Part shown: in pieces, positions 19,966 through 31,364 of the stretch
How the letters are laid out: each line of letters starts with the position of its first letter
Position numbering within the stretch: the first letter of the stretch is position 1
Virus record (IMG/VR): IMGVR_UViG_3300037502_002145
Coordinates: 51,872 to 115,871 of that record
DNA: 64,000 bases
Strand: one strand, 5' to 3'
From: a virus
The notes under the pieces: generated by a model
What the model saw: only the letters and a program-made list of their open reading frames with translations
The model's database searches: none
Told to the model about the DNA's origin: nothing
Program-made: the position numbers and the translations under genes

Positions 19966-20566
19966 GTGATTGATAAATCCATAAATCGGTTATAAAAACC
20001 GAATAAATTACTTATTTTACAGAAAGGAGAGCATAAAACAGTGTACTTTGCAATAGGAGTTATATATTTAATATACGTAATAATAAGTCACTTAACATAT
20101 CCAAAAAGAGCAGATAAACAGACGAGAGAATATAGAGAAAAACAAGATAAGGAGCTGGGATTAGAGCCATGGGAAGTAAGATACAAGAAGTTTCAATAAG
20201 CAAGATAGAAAGATATGTAATATATGATTTAATTGAATCGGCAGGGTTTAGAGTAGTTTCAACAAATAATGCAGTAACATTAGAGGATACAACATCAAGA
20301 GAAGCAGATAAATACTCCGATTTGACGTTTAAAAGCCTCGTAGAAGCAGTTTTTGCAATCGCACCATATATTTGTAACCAAATTAAATTAACGGCTTAAT
20401 GAAAGGAGTATAGAACTATGTGGATATTAAAATTATTACTACTACCTTTTATTGGTGGAATTGATTATTGTAACACAATGAGAAAAATTAAAAAACTAGA
20501 TAATGATCCAACTAGTACAATAAAGAGTGATGACTGGTATAGAAAAAATGGTAAATGAAAGGATGA

Positions 20567-21556
20567 TTGATTATGTGCTATAAGACAGAGAAACAGAAAA
20601 AAGAAAAGTTAAAACTAAAAGAAAAAATAAATGATTTACCTAAGTTTATAAAAGATTATTTTTCATATTTAAACAGTAATGTAACAAAATTAAATAACTG
20701 TGGCATCATAAGGAGTTTTCTTGAATGGTTAATATCTGAAGGAATAATAAAAAACAGCATAGTAAATATCACACCATCAGATTTAAGTTTGGTTACAGAC
20801 ATAGATTTAATTGAATATTTAAGTGGATTAAATAACAGTTTATCATCAATTAACACTAAAAAAAATGTAATAAGTGGATTTTGGGCTTATTTATTAGATA
20901 AAGAATATGTAAAAACCAACATTGTAAATAAAAAGCTACACGATAAATTTAAGGCAAAAGATAAAGAAGTAGTAGTACCAACAGACGAAGATATTTATCA
21001 GTTTATAGTTAATATTAATAATATCAAAAATGAAACTATAGCATTAAGAAACATTGCAATTGTAAGGTTATTCATGGGTAGCGGAATCCGAATTGAAGAA
21101 TTAGTTGGATTAGACGTTATAGATTTACATTTTGAAAACGAAGATGAACCATATGTGGTTGTCATGGGTAAGGGCATACAAGATGAAGACGATAAGCAAA
21201 ATGTTGCAATTAATAAGGCTGCTATGGATGCCATTAATGATTATTTACAAGTAAGAAACACAATTCCTGACATTAAAGAAACAAAAGCTTTATTTATATC
21301 AGAACAGTTGAATAAAGAAACCGGTAAAAGAACAAGAGTTGCTCAAAGTTCAATACAAGATTTTTTTAGAAAATACAGTAATGGAGCGATTCACCCACAT
21401 CTATTAAGACATTATGCTGGTACTAAAATGTATGAAAACAGTAATGATATTGTAGCTGTAGCCGCTCAATTAAGACATGGTGATGTAAACACAAGTAGAA
21501 AGTTTTACATCAAGAATAATAAGAGTGCAACTTATAAAGCGTTAAACAGTTTTTAA
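20567..21556 (+). CDS. tyrosine recombinase/integrase with intact catalytic residues
   Basis: GIRIEEL (R), GKG (K), HPHLLRH (H-x-x-R), LRH (H), KFY (Y). Confidence 0.9.
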   Translation: MIMCYKTEKQKKEKLKLKEKINDLPKFIKDYFSYLNSNVTKLNNCGIIRSFLEWLISEGIIKNSIVNITPSDLSLVTDIDLIEYLSGLNNSLSSINTKKNVISGFWAYLLDKEYVKTNIVNKKLHDKFKAKDKEVVVPTDEDIYQFIVNINNIKNETIALRNIAIVRLFMGSGIRIEELVGLDVIDLHFENEDEPYVVVMGKGIQDEDDKQNVAINKAAMDAINDYLQVRNTIPDIKETKALFISEQLNKETGKRTRVAQSSIQDFFRKYSNGAIHPHLLRHYAGTKMYENSNDIVAVAAQLRHGDVNTSRKFYIKNNKSATYKALNSF

Positions 21557-21601
21557 TTTGATTTACTAGTATTAAAATGATAATATAAGAGGTGATAATA
21601 A

Positions 21602-21826
21602 TTGACTAAAGTAAAGTATTATAGATTAAAGAACAACTTAAAACAGACCGAATTATCATCAATAAGTGAGGTTAAATTAAGCACAGTACAAAAGTTAGAT
21701 AGTGGGTTCAATGATATAAGAAAGTCTAGTTATGACACTATAGAGAAGATTGCTGGTGCTTTAAGTGTAGAGGTAGAAGATCTAATTGGATTTATTAATG
21801 ATGAAGATACGGCATATGGCGAATAG
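21602..21826 (+). CDS. XRE family HTH regulator
   Basis: KYYRLKNNLKQTELS...TIEKIAGALSVEVEDL. Confidence 0.8.
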   Translation: MTKVKYYRLKNNLKQTELSSISEVKLSTVQKLDSGFNDIRKSSYDTIEKIAGALSVEVEDLIGFINDEDTAYGE

Positions 21827-21837
21827 GGGGATGTGTA

Positions 21838-22302
21838 ATGAATAGAAAAGAAATAATTAATATTATGAGAAACGTTGAAGTTGAAAATCTTACTAATGTT
21901 CAAAAAGACATGGTAAAATCAATACTAGAAGGCAAGTTAGTTGAAGATATTGCAATAGAAAAAAATACTTCAAGTGAAAAGATATTGAAAATCATTAAAA
22001 AAATAGTTAAGAACGAAATAATTAGGAATAAGCAAATATCAATATTAAATATTAATAATAAAACAGATATTAATATGTCAAATTTTTTAACCAACAGCAA
22101 GCACGATCCAATATTGTTTGATAATCAATATTTATTGTCTTATCAAGATGTTATAAGCATTATCGATTCTGCCAGAAAAGGAGAGGTGAATGTAAAAGAG
22201 ATAAGCAATTTATTAGGAGGCGTAAAATCATTAGAGTTTAATTCAAAAACGTTTAATAAAGTATTTGAGTTTGGAAAATTTTTACCAGAAAAATTATTAT
22301 AA
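21838..22302 (+). CDS. hypothetical protein, possible HTH
   Basis: 154-aa ORF with an LT..QK..V...EDIA pattern. Confidence 0.5.
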   Translation: MNRKEIINIMRNVEVENLTNVQKDMVKSILEGKLVEDIAIEKNTSSEKILKIIKKIVKNEIIRNKQISILNINNKTDINMSNFLTNSKHDPILFDNQYLLSYQDVISIIDSARKGEVNVKEISNLLGGVKSLEFNSKTFNKVFEFGKFLPEKLL

Positions 22303-22311
22303 TCTACATAA

Positions 22312-22581
22312 AACAGAGATTCTAATTGGAAGGAGAGATACAATGGCAAACAACTTAATGAATTATTTAAAACTATATTAGTTTGTGGTGGCTTAAAAGA
22401 TAGTGCTGAATATATATCCAACTTAATGGGTGAGAAAGAATATATAGAAAATGAAACAACTCACACCAAACCACTTATGACACCTGCACAAGTCAGATTA
22501 ATGGCAGACGATGAAATGTTGATTATCTGCAAGAACAAACGACCAGTTAAAGACAAGATGATGGATTTAATCGTAGCATAG
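22312..22581 (+). pseudogene. C-terminal fragment of a VirD4/TraG-like coupling protein
   Basis: Open frame with no N-terminal start: SAEYISNLMGEKE...KPLMTPAQVRLMADDEMLIICKNKRPVK. Confidence 0.55.
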
Positions 22582-22592
22582 GGGGTGTATAG

Positions 22593-23180
22593 ATGACTAA
22601 CAATAATAGTAATAACAAAAACAAGAAGCAACATTATGTTATGCCTTATGAAAAATTGAGGAAAGAAGCCATAAAAGATGGTCAAAAACTCAATTCACAA
22701 CTTAGAGGAATTGTAGTTAAGACAACGTTATTTGCTGGGGTTGTAGCTTCTTTAAAATACTGTAATAACACAGAACAGAATATATCTGAAGCTGAAGTGG
22801 TTAAGCCTGTAAGTATAGAAGAAATACAAAAAAATTACGAAAAATACAATCCAGAAATGTTTGACATAGATGAATTACTTAATGATTATAACAGCGCATA
22901 TACTATAGAAGATGTAAAAGAAGTAAATGAATTATATTCAGGACAATATATTGAACTAACAGGAGAGATTAAAAATGAATATATCGGATCAGTTGATGGA
23001 GATTTTATCACTTTACAAGGTGAAGAATCTAAGTGGATGAGCGTCCAGTGCAATATTGAAGATAAACTAGAACTTGAAGAATTAAAAGAATACAAGGTGG
23101 GTGATGATATAACAATACAAGGTTATTGCGTTGGAGGAAATGGTTTAAGTGTGAAGATTAACGATTGTATAATCAAGTAA
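22593..23180 (+). CDS. OB-fold (tRNA_anti-like) membrane/lipoprotein
   Basis: ELLNDY...YSGQYIELTG...KVGDDITIQGYCVG...INDCII. Confidence 0.6.
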   Translation: MTNNNSNNKNKKQHYVMPYEKLRKEAIKDGQKLNSQLRGIVVKTTLFAGVVASLKYCNNTEQNISEAEVVKPVSIEEIQKNYEKYNPEMFDIDELLNDYNSAYTIEDVKEVNELYSGQYIELTGEIKNEYIGSVDGDFITLQGEESKWMSVQCNIEDKLELEELKEYKVGDDITIQGYCVGGNGLSVKINDCIIK

Positions 23181-23359
23181 AGGAGTGAAATGTATGACAA
23201 TCTTAATTAAGAAAAAGAAATATAATACTAAGACAGTAATTAGAAAAATTAAGAGAGTACTTTTTACAATAGCTAGTGCAACTGAATACACAATGTGGTA
23301 AAATTGAAGGTACAAAAGATAAATATTACAGGTGATTAACTTAAAAGAGGACAATATTT

Positions 23360-23980
23360 ATGAAAATAATAAATGAGTTAAAAAAAGTTTTTTTTGATAA
23401 AATTAATGCAAAAACTAATATACAGAGTATTAATATATCTATTAAAGAAATAATTCATATTTTAATTTTAGCAACTGCTATACAAACATTTGGAACAATG
23501 ATATTGCAACTGCTTTATTTATTAGAGGTGGATTCAATTAAAATTTATTTTGAGTATGTAGAAAATTTTGATATTGAAACTAGTTTATTTTATAGGATTT
23601 TTTACACTCCCATATTAGAAGAAATTTATTTAAGGTTTGTTATTTTAAAAATATTTTTTATACAACTGATGGAATTATCTTTTTTTGTTGCTAATATTAT
23701 TCAATCTATGATTTTTGCTGTGATGCATGGTAATATTGTACAGGTCTTTTACTCATCTTTATTTGGCATTTTAGTATGATGTTTATATGTTAAATATAAG
23801 AAACTATTGATATGTGTTATATTTCATGTATATATGAATTTTACTGGAAATATTGCTACATCAATAATACATCCTATATTAGATAACAAATTACTAATTG
23901 TAATATTTATAGTAATTGGTGGTATGGTAACGTTTATGGAGATTAAAAGATTATTTTTTAATAATAATTTAACAATATGA
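23360..23980 (+). pseudogene. CPBP/CAAX (Abi) family membrane protease interrupted by an in-frame TGA at 23777
   Basis: PILEEIYLR and FAVMH before the stop; the same frame continues CLYVKYKKLLICVIFHVYMN to TGA 23978. Confidence 0.7.
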
Positions 23981-24335
23981 AAGAAGAGTAGTTTTATTTG
24001 GAAAAATACACCATAAATGGTGTGTTATAATACCTTTTTATAAAAATATAACATAATTAATATAAAACTTTAAAAAATGTATTGACACTTTTACCTTTAG
24101 GTGTTATATTTATATCACAAAGCAAACAATAATATAAAACTTTAAAATTGTTTGCATAATACATCAAGGAAATGAATATAATACTATATAAAGGTGAAGG
24201 AGAGTGTCTGATAAATATGAATAATACAATATGTTTATATTGAATACAAGTGAATTGATAAGGAGAAAAAATAATGAAAAATATTAAAGATGATTCTAGC
24301 TGACTAATAATAATGAAATGAGAGGATGATTATAT

Positions 24336-24764
24336 ATGAATAATACTATGATTAAAAATGATCAATTCAATAAAGTAAAACGAGAATTTAAAAGAGGCGA
24401 AGTTTGTTGGGCATACTGTCCTGAATTAGAAGATAGTCAAATTCAAGGTGGGTGGAGACCTATAGTTATTATTGCAAATGACAAAGCTGGTAAGTATTCA
24501 CCAACACTACAATATATACCATTAACGACTGAAATTAAAAGAGAAGATTTACCTATTCATGTTGTACTTAAATCTGGAAACTTGAAAGAAACTTCAATGG
24601 CATTAGGAGAACAATTAAATTGTATAGACACTCACAGAATAAAAAGTACAATCGGAATGGTTTCAAATAGAGATATGTATTTAATAGAGATGATAGCACT
24701 AAAGCAACTGGGAATCAATGTGTATGATTTTATGAGAAATATGAAACTCCAACATGTAGGATAA
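24336..24764 (+). CDS. PemK/MazF family endoribonuclease-like protein
   Basis: KRGEV, IQGGWRPIVIIAND, PLTT, LPIHV, ALGEQL..ID..RI. Confidence 0.85.
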   Translation: MNNTMIKNDQFNKVKREFKRGEVCWAYCPELEDSQIQGGWRPIVIIANDKAGKYSPTLQYIPLTTEIKREDLPIHVVLKSGNLKETSMALGEQLNCIDTHRIKSTIGMVSNRDMYLIEMIALKQLGINVYDFMRNMKLQHVG

Positions 24765-24848
24765 TTTGTATTGACAAAAAATGCAATTATATGCTAATAT
24801 TGAATTAATACAGTTACATATTTATATTGTTAGGGGGCGATAATATAT

Positions 24849-26096
24849 ATGAAGATGGATGAAGATAAACTTAGAGAAGTTTTAAGAGAAGCAATTTTAG
24901 ATTTAAATAAAAAACCAAATTATATAGAAACAAGATTTAAAGAAATGATGCATACGATGTATAATATAACACCGGGGGATTCGGCAGATATATTAAATGG
25001 TAAGCTTGCAGTTGAACTAATGTCTGATGATATGATGTTTAAATTAACTAGTGTGTTATTTGAGATTAACTCACATCTAGATGATGGATATAATACAATA
25101 AAATTAGATGTGACCAAGTATTTTTTTGACAATGAAATTAATAAATACAAAGAAAAGATAAAAAAAGAAAAAGTATACGGTGATATAATATTTGATAATT
25201 GGCTTAAAATTGATGAAGATCATTATAAAGTTGTATTAGAAAACGATGAACTGTATGAATTGTGTAGTACAAATAGAATTAGATACAATCCTGAAACACA
25301 AAGAGATTTAACAATAAAAGAAACTAAGACTGGTATAGTAAAGCAAATAACTTATTCTGAAGACGCTTTAAATGATATAGTATTGTCGATGGAAAACAAT
25401 CGATATATAACTGACGATTTGAGTTTTAATGTTAATCCGGATTATTATGAACCACCTAGAGTAATTAATAATAAGTTAGTCGCTTCTGGAAAAACGGTAT
25501 TTGATTGTATTGACGGATATCATAGAATAAAAGCGTTTATAATAGTGAAGATGAAAAACCCAAATTGGAACAAAAGAATGTCAATTAATATAATGAGTTT
25601 TGATAAAGATAAGGCTAATCAGTGGATAATACAACAAGACGAAAAAGTTCATTTATCAGATGAACAAGTAACTAGATCTGATAATACCGATGCTGCTAAT
25701 GCCATTATAAAAAAATTAAATGAAAGTAGTACGTTTATTTTTAGAGATACATTATCTGACATTAAGTATAGTTTGAATAAAATGATAAATAAAATTTTTA
25801 ATCCTAAAAAACTTAATACAATTCAAGATAGACAGGATGCAGCCAAGTTAAGTAAAACAATTGAAAAAAATATTAATGATTTAATTGAAGAAAAAAATCT
25901 ATTTAGCAGTCCTTTTACAAAAGAAGAATGGTTTGTATATCTTTATTTATTAAAATACAGTTTAGACAGTAAAAAAAACTTCGTAGATGTTGTTAGTAGC
26001 ATATCAGTTGATGTTATATTAAACGAAATTGCTTTTGTGAATGAACCATTAAAAAAACATTATAATTTATTAAATGAGGTGATTAAAAATGTATAA
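24849..26096 (+). CDS. DndB/DGQHR-like domain protein (SPbeta YopQ-like)
   Basis: YNPETQR and CIDGYHR motifs; coupled to the downstream recombinase-fold gene. Confidence 0.6.
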   Translation: MKMDEDKLREVLREAILDLNKKPNYIETRFKEMMHTMYNITPGDSADILNGKLAVELMSDDMMFKLTSVLFEINSHLDDGYNTIKLDVTKYFFDNEINKYKEKIKKEKVYGDIIFDNWLKIDEDHYKVVLENDELYELCSTNRIRYNPETQRDLTIKETKTGIVKQITYSEDALNDIVLSMENNRYITDDLSFNVNPDYYEPPRVINNKLVASGKTVFDCIDGYHRIKAFIIVKMKNPNWNKRMSINIMSFDKDKANQWIIQQDEKVHLSDEQVTRSDNTDAANAIIKKLNESSTFIFRDTLSDIKYSLNKMINKIFNPKKLNTIQDRQDAAKLSKTIEKNINDLIEEKNLFSSPFTKEEWFVYLYLLKYSLDSKKNFVDVVSSISVDVILNEIAFVNEPLKKHYNLLNEVIKNV

Positions 26097-27051
26097 TCCA
26101 AAGCAAAAAGAATGGTATATGAAAGATAGTAACTACGAAGAAACGACTGTAGAATTATTAGAAAAGATATTTAATTCAACTGAGTTTGAAGAAAATAATG
26201 TTTTTGAAAAAGACGTGTGTTATTTTAATCAATTAGAGGTTACAGATCTTTTAAAAAGTTTAAATTCTAAATCAAGATTGAGGCTGCAAAATATTTGTGT
26301 ATATTTAAAAAAATATTATGACTGGTGTTATAGAAAAAATATAGTTCAAAATATTGACAATCCATTTGATAGAACTATTACTGACATAATTATTGACGAT
26401 ATAATACCAAAAGAGGATATTAGTGATAAATATTTTAATGAAGAAACATTGTTGGAGTACAAAGATAAAGTAAAAGACCCAATGAATAAATTTATTTTAT
26501 ATGCGATATATAGTAGTATTAAAGGTGATGAATATTGTGATTTAGTTAATTTAAAAATGAGTGATTTAGACGAAAAAAATAAGACTGTTACAACTATAAG
26601 TGGAAGGATTGTAGAGGTAAATGATTTATTCATACAACTAATGAAAGACGCTGACAGACAAACACATTACTATCCAAATGGTGAAATACCTGAAACAAAT
26701 TTTGATAATAATCGTTATCCTGATAGTCCATATGTTATTAAGACCTGTAGAGCAACTCCTGATCCTGTAAAATACCAAATAGTAGCAAACAGATTAAAAG
26801 TAATAAAAAATCAAACAGAAAATGAGTTTATGAGTGTTAACATATTATATAAGAATGGGTTAGTTAATTATATACAGAAAAAATTTGCTCTTAAAAACAT
26901 TACATTAAAAACAGCGCTTACTCAAAAAATAAATGGTAGAACATACACTTATGATACAGAAACAGAACAATATATTAAAGAGTTTGGATCATTAATTACG
27001 GTAAGAATGTTAAGAAGAGAAATAGTAGATTATTTGAATTGTTATGAATAA
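26089..27051 (+). CDS. tyrosine-recombinase-fold putative master repressor (SPbeta YopR/MrpR-like)
   Basis: MYN..QK, FEKDVCYF, YYDWC, LVNLKMSDL; catalytic R/HxxR/Y not evident; same gene order as yopQ-yopR. Confidence 0.6.
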   Translation: MYNPKQKEWYMKDSNYEETTVELLEKIFNSTEFEENNVFEKDVCYFNQLEVTDLLKSLNSKSRLRLQNICVYLKKYYDWCYRKNIVQNIDNPFDRTITDIIIDDIIPKEDISDKYFNEETLLEYKDKVKDPMNKFILYAIYSSIKGDEYCDLVNLKMSDLDEKNKTVTTISGRIVEVNDLFIQLMKDADRQTHYYPNGEIPETNFDNNRYPDSPYVIKTCRATPDPVKYQIVANRLKVIKNQTENEFMSVNILYKNGLVNYIQKKFALKNITLKTALTQKINGRTYTYDTETEQYIKEFGSLITVRMLRREIVDYLNCYE

Positions 27052-27329
27052 TTTTTTGGTGGAGAAATCCGCCTTAAAATTAAGGCTAATATGATAAATA
27101 TAAAACTAACATAGAATAAATAAGCATTGAAATATTTATTAAAATATGATACTATATTAACAGAACATGTGTTTGTATTTTGCTAAACAAAAAAAATAAT
27201 AGTCCAGTAACTTTGGTCGGCTGACTGGACTATTATTAGATATAAACCTATATACGCATAAGGTGTTTATATTATAACATATAATACCTTACGTATCAAC
27301 AATTTTAATTAGACACGGGAGGGTTTTAA

Positions 27330-28406
27330 ATGAGCTATAGTGAAAAAAAATGTATTGGATACCCAAAAACTGAAATAACAAAAATCAACATCGAAAGATT
27401 GAAAAACCAATTAAAACAATTTGAGAATGTTAATGAACTTGTTGAATACACAGTAACAGAAAGCTTTAAAAAAAGACAAGATATTACATATAGTTTATAT
27501 AACTTAAAGATAGAAACTGAAGATGAATACGTAGTATGTGATGATGCAGATGGTGTATTAAGTGAAGAAAGTGAAGAAATTTTAATCGTAGATCCAGTGT
27601 TAAGAATGTTTTTAATTGAATCTATTAATGAAATCATAGAAACATGTTATGAAGACGATAACCATTATTATGTTAAAATCATGTTCAAAGATGGGACAAT
27701 AGATATAAATGCATTAATTAACTAAGAGAGAAAGGCAGTCTAACGGCTGCCAAATTTTTTAAATTCAAGGAAATAAATATAAAACTGAGTGTTGACAAGT
27801 GGTAATACATGTGATATGATTAACTCAGATGATAAAGAGAGGGGCGAAAGCTGGTGAATTCAAGTTGAAAACTTATAGAGATATTCAAATTCTAGATATA
27901 AAAATCAAATACAACGAGAAATTAATTAAAATAGAAGAAACAAAAGATAAACCAGATCAAAAGAAAATAAATAAATGGTTAGAAAACATAGAAATACATG
28001 AGAAAGAGAAGAAAGAAGATTGATGAAATAGGAGTTTTATTCACCAAGGTTATTAATATAAAACTAAAAGGAGTTAGAATATATGTGGAAATGTAGAATG
28101 TGCGGTAAAGAGTATAATGATATTAAAGATGTAATGAGTTGTGAATCCAATTGTTATCCTGAATATGAAAAGAAAAGACAAGAAAAATTCAATGCTGAAT
28201 TAACAGAAGATATGAATAAGTTAAACACATTAAGAGAAGAATACATAAGATTTTCAGAAAAGATGTTAAATAAATATGATAAAAAGAGTTTAGTTAAATT
28301 TCTTGGAATGTTTGGAGTACAAAACACGTTTACGATTGACATGGTTAGAAACAAAGAACAATATGGAAATAATGTATTAGACAAGATATTTGGCTTAATA
28401 GAATAG
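27330..28406 (+). other. three hypothetical ORFs (27330-27725, ~27865-28023, 28083-28406)
   Basis: RBS-led ORFs; GGCAGTC..GGCTGCC terminator at ~27734. Confidence 0.6.
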
Positions 28407-28467
28407 GAATCAAAGAAGTCTTTTATAAAGAAACTAATATAAAACTAAAACAAGAAAGGATGTTTAA

Positions 28468-29283
28468 ATGGAGAATGAATTAAAAGTAACTGGTAAGCAA
28501 ACATTTATGGGAATTGAAATTCCGGTAATAGAAGGAGGATTTGGAGAAGATAAACGAATTGTAACAGCTAAAACTATTTCAGAGATACATAACATTGAGA
28601 TTAAAGAGATCACAAAATCAATAAACCGCTTAATATCAAAGAACAGGATAAAAGAAAATGTTGATTATGTTGATATAATTTCACAGGTAAACACTTTACC
28701 TATGAATCTGGAAGAGGTTTTTGGTATTAAACCAGCTTATTTATCAAGAACACAAAATGCATTTATTTTGTCTGAAAGAGGATATTCAAAATTAATCAAG
28801 GCAATGGATGATGATAAGTCTTGGGATGTAATGGATCAATTTATTGATGAATATTTTGATATGAGAAAAGTGATTAAAACTGTTATATCAGAAAGAACAC
28901 TTGCTATTGCTGGCATTGTTGATGCTAAAACAGATGTAGAAAGAGCAGTTGCAATTAGTGATTTTGAAAAAGTAATTACACAGCCTCTAGTTAAAGTGAT
29001 TGAAGAACAAAAGCCTTTAGCTGCATTAGCAGAATTGAGAATAGACAAAAAGGGTTGTTATTCATTAACCGATGTAACTAAAACTTTAGGATTGAAAAAG
29101 GGTCAGATTACAAGATGGGCTAAATCCAAAGAATACATACATAAGAAACTAAGTGAAGTTAATCAAGCTGGTGAACAATTTTTCAAGGTATATTCATCAG
29201 ATGGAGTACATAACAGTATTGGTATTAAAGATGAAGGTTTACAAGAGATAAATATGAAATTAGAAGAAATTAAAACTTATTAA
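28468..29283 (+). CDS. phage antirepressor-like protein (ORF6N domain plus C-terminal ANT-like domain)
   Basis: IPVIEGGFGEDKR, ILSERGYSKLIKAMDDDKSW, EEQKPL. Confidence 0.8.
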   Translation: MENELKVTGKQTFMGIEIPVIEGGFGEDKRIVTAKTISEIHNIEIKEITKSINRLISKNRIKENVDYVDIISQVNTLPMNLEEVFGIKPAYLSRTQNAFILSERGYSKLIKAMDDDKSWDVMDQFIDEYFDMRKVIKTVISERTLAIAGIVDAKTDVERAVAISDFEKVITQPLVKVIEEQKPLAALAELRIDKKGCYSLTDVTKTLGLKKGQITRWAKSKEYIHKKLSEVNQAGEQFFKVYSSDGVHNSIGIKDEGLQEINMKLEEIKTY

Positions 29284-29797
29284 CACGAAGAAATAAAACC
29301 AAGATTTTATAAAGAGAAAGGAGATTACTATGACTTGTGAAAAATGTGGTAACGATGATGGCGATAAATATTGTTTTCCACCGGAAGAAGGAAACGATCA
29401 ATTTGAAACACTAGAATATGAAAGTTCAACATCAAACTGGGATGATTGGGATTTTTGTGGAAGTTTTAAATGTAAAAAATGTGGGCATATTAGAACGGTT
29501 AGTCAGTAAAACTGGTATTTCATCAACGTCACTAATATAATACCTAGAAAGGAGATTGCTATGATTTACGTTTTGCCACCTACTACTGAAGATAAATATG
29601 GAGAAGAATTCCACAAGCCAACTCAGGCTGAATTAGACGATATTTTCAGAGAGGAGGATGGCGAAGATGAGTCTATACAAGATAATTGAATTATTGGTAT
29701 ACATAGTTTGTGGCGGATATATTACATATAGTGTTTTTACATGTATTGGAATAGTGTCAGGAAGAAAAAGAACGAGATAAAAGTCAATTTTTATTAA

Positions 29798-31230
29798 GTG
29801 GGAAGGAGTAGTATGGAAAGATTAACAAAGCAATATTCTGCTGGTTATGGGTTATTAAAAACAAATGATGAATTTTGTGATTCTTACTGTAAAAAACAGA
29901 TGGTTGAAACGTGTAATGAATGTGCTATTAATGAAGCAATACATAAATTGGCAGAGTATGAAAATACAGGACTAACACCAGAAGTTTGTAAAAATTATAA
30001 ACTGTTTGAAGACGAAGTTATAGCCAGTGGTAGAGATTTTAACTACATATTAAAATTATTAAAAGATGATGTAAAGCGTAAACCTATGAAACCAGAAAGG
30101 TTAACATATAAAGCCTTGCTTGAATTGGGTTGGAGATGGCAATGCCCCAATTGTATGGCAGCAACTGGTGAAAACATTTATCACCCAGATGTAACGGGTG
30201 ATGAAAACTATTGTTGCACTTGTGGACAGAAACTTGATTGGAAATAAAATGTGGATTTTAAATGGAAAGGCGTAACATGAAAATTAAAAATAAAAAAGTA
30301 AGAGATGTCTTACATGATGTTATTAAGGATCTTGCAAATGCAAGTAAAAATTCGTATAGTCTTGTAGGAGCAACTAGAAGAGATATTGACTCGGCAAGGT
30401 CGAGGATAAACACACTGTTAACGTTAATTGATTTTGAAGAAGAATAGAAAAGGAGAATAATATGAATAAATTTAGTCAAAGAGAGAATGAATTAATAACA
30501 CATTGCTGGGATGAACCGGATAAGGTTAAGATCAATATTGATCCAACTACAAAAAGGGCAGTTATATACAACGCAGAAGATAATAAGATACTTTGTACAC
30601 TAAGAAACAATGATGTTTTGGCGGAGCAGCTAATCTATTTATGTGACATAAAACCTACATATAAAAAGTTGTAAATTTTATCAAGAAAATAAATATAAAA
30701 CTATTGACATGGTGATTTGAGTGTGCTACAATTACTTTATCACCTAAGGACATTAATATAAAACATAAAAGGTGGTGAGAACAGTGAGAACAAAGGGGTT
30801 GTGTGTTTGCAGAAAATGTGGTAACACTTTTCATCAAAGCAAGATAAAAAAAATACATAAAGAAGTGTTAGGAATAGATTCAATTGAATTAGTATGTCCT
30901 AGATGCGAAAGTTTTAATTTTGGGTTGATTAATTATCGTGAGTTATTTTCTTTAGAAGGTGTTTACAAAACTAGCAGATTTTTTAATAGATAATAATCAT
31001 ACATTAGAAAGGAGCTGGGTCAAATACAATCATGGAAAAGTGTTGAGATCACAAAAGAAGATTTTAATAAATATAGGTGGTGTACAAAAGAAGAAATTAG
31101 AGAATATATAACTAGCCTAAGTATTAAGTTAGGGTGGAAACCTAGTGTCAGAGGTTATAAGGACACCAGATTGAAGGTTGATAATGGTAAATATTATGCT
31201 GAATGGCTACATGAATACAGTATATATTAA
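29798..31230 (+). other. small hypothetical ORFs, several with Zn-ribbon CxxC pairs (29798-30247, 30277-30447, 30462-30674, 30772-30993, 31024-31230)
   Basis: RBS-led ORFs; the last has only an ATA/CTG start. Confidence 0.55.
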
Positions 31231-31364
31231 GTAAAGGATATTAATATAAAACTTAAATTAAATAAAATAAAACCGTGTTTTTATCAAGAAAAAAAGAAGT
31301 TTTACAATGGAATAATCAAAAATATTAAGATTGTTCCAAATCAATTATTAAATATAATTGCGGT

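Noticed and set aside
23777-23779. Genome-wide TGA recoding or alternative genetic code
   Set aside because: Single case; TGA and TAG terminate other genes normally and long genes are intact in code 11
26089-27051. Second active integrase
   Set aside because: Catalytic Arg, HxxR and Tyr are not recognisable; better explained as an MrpR-like repressor
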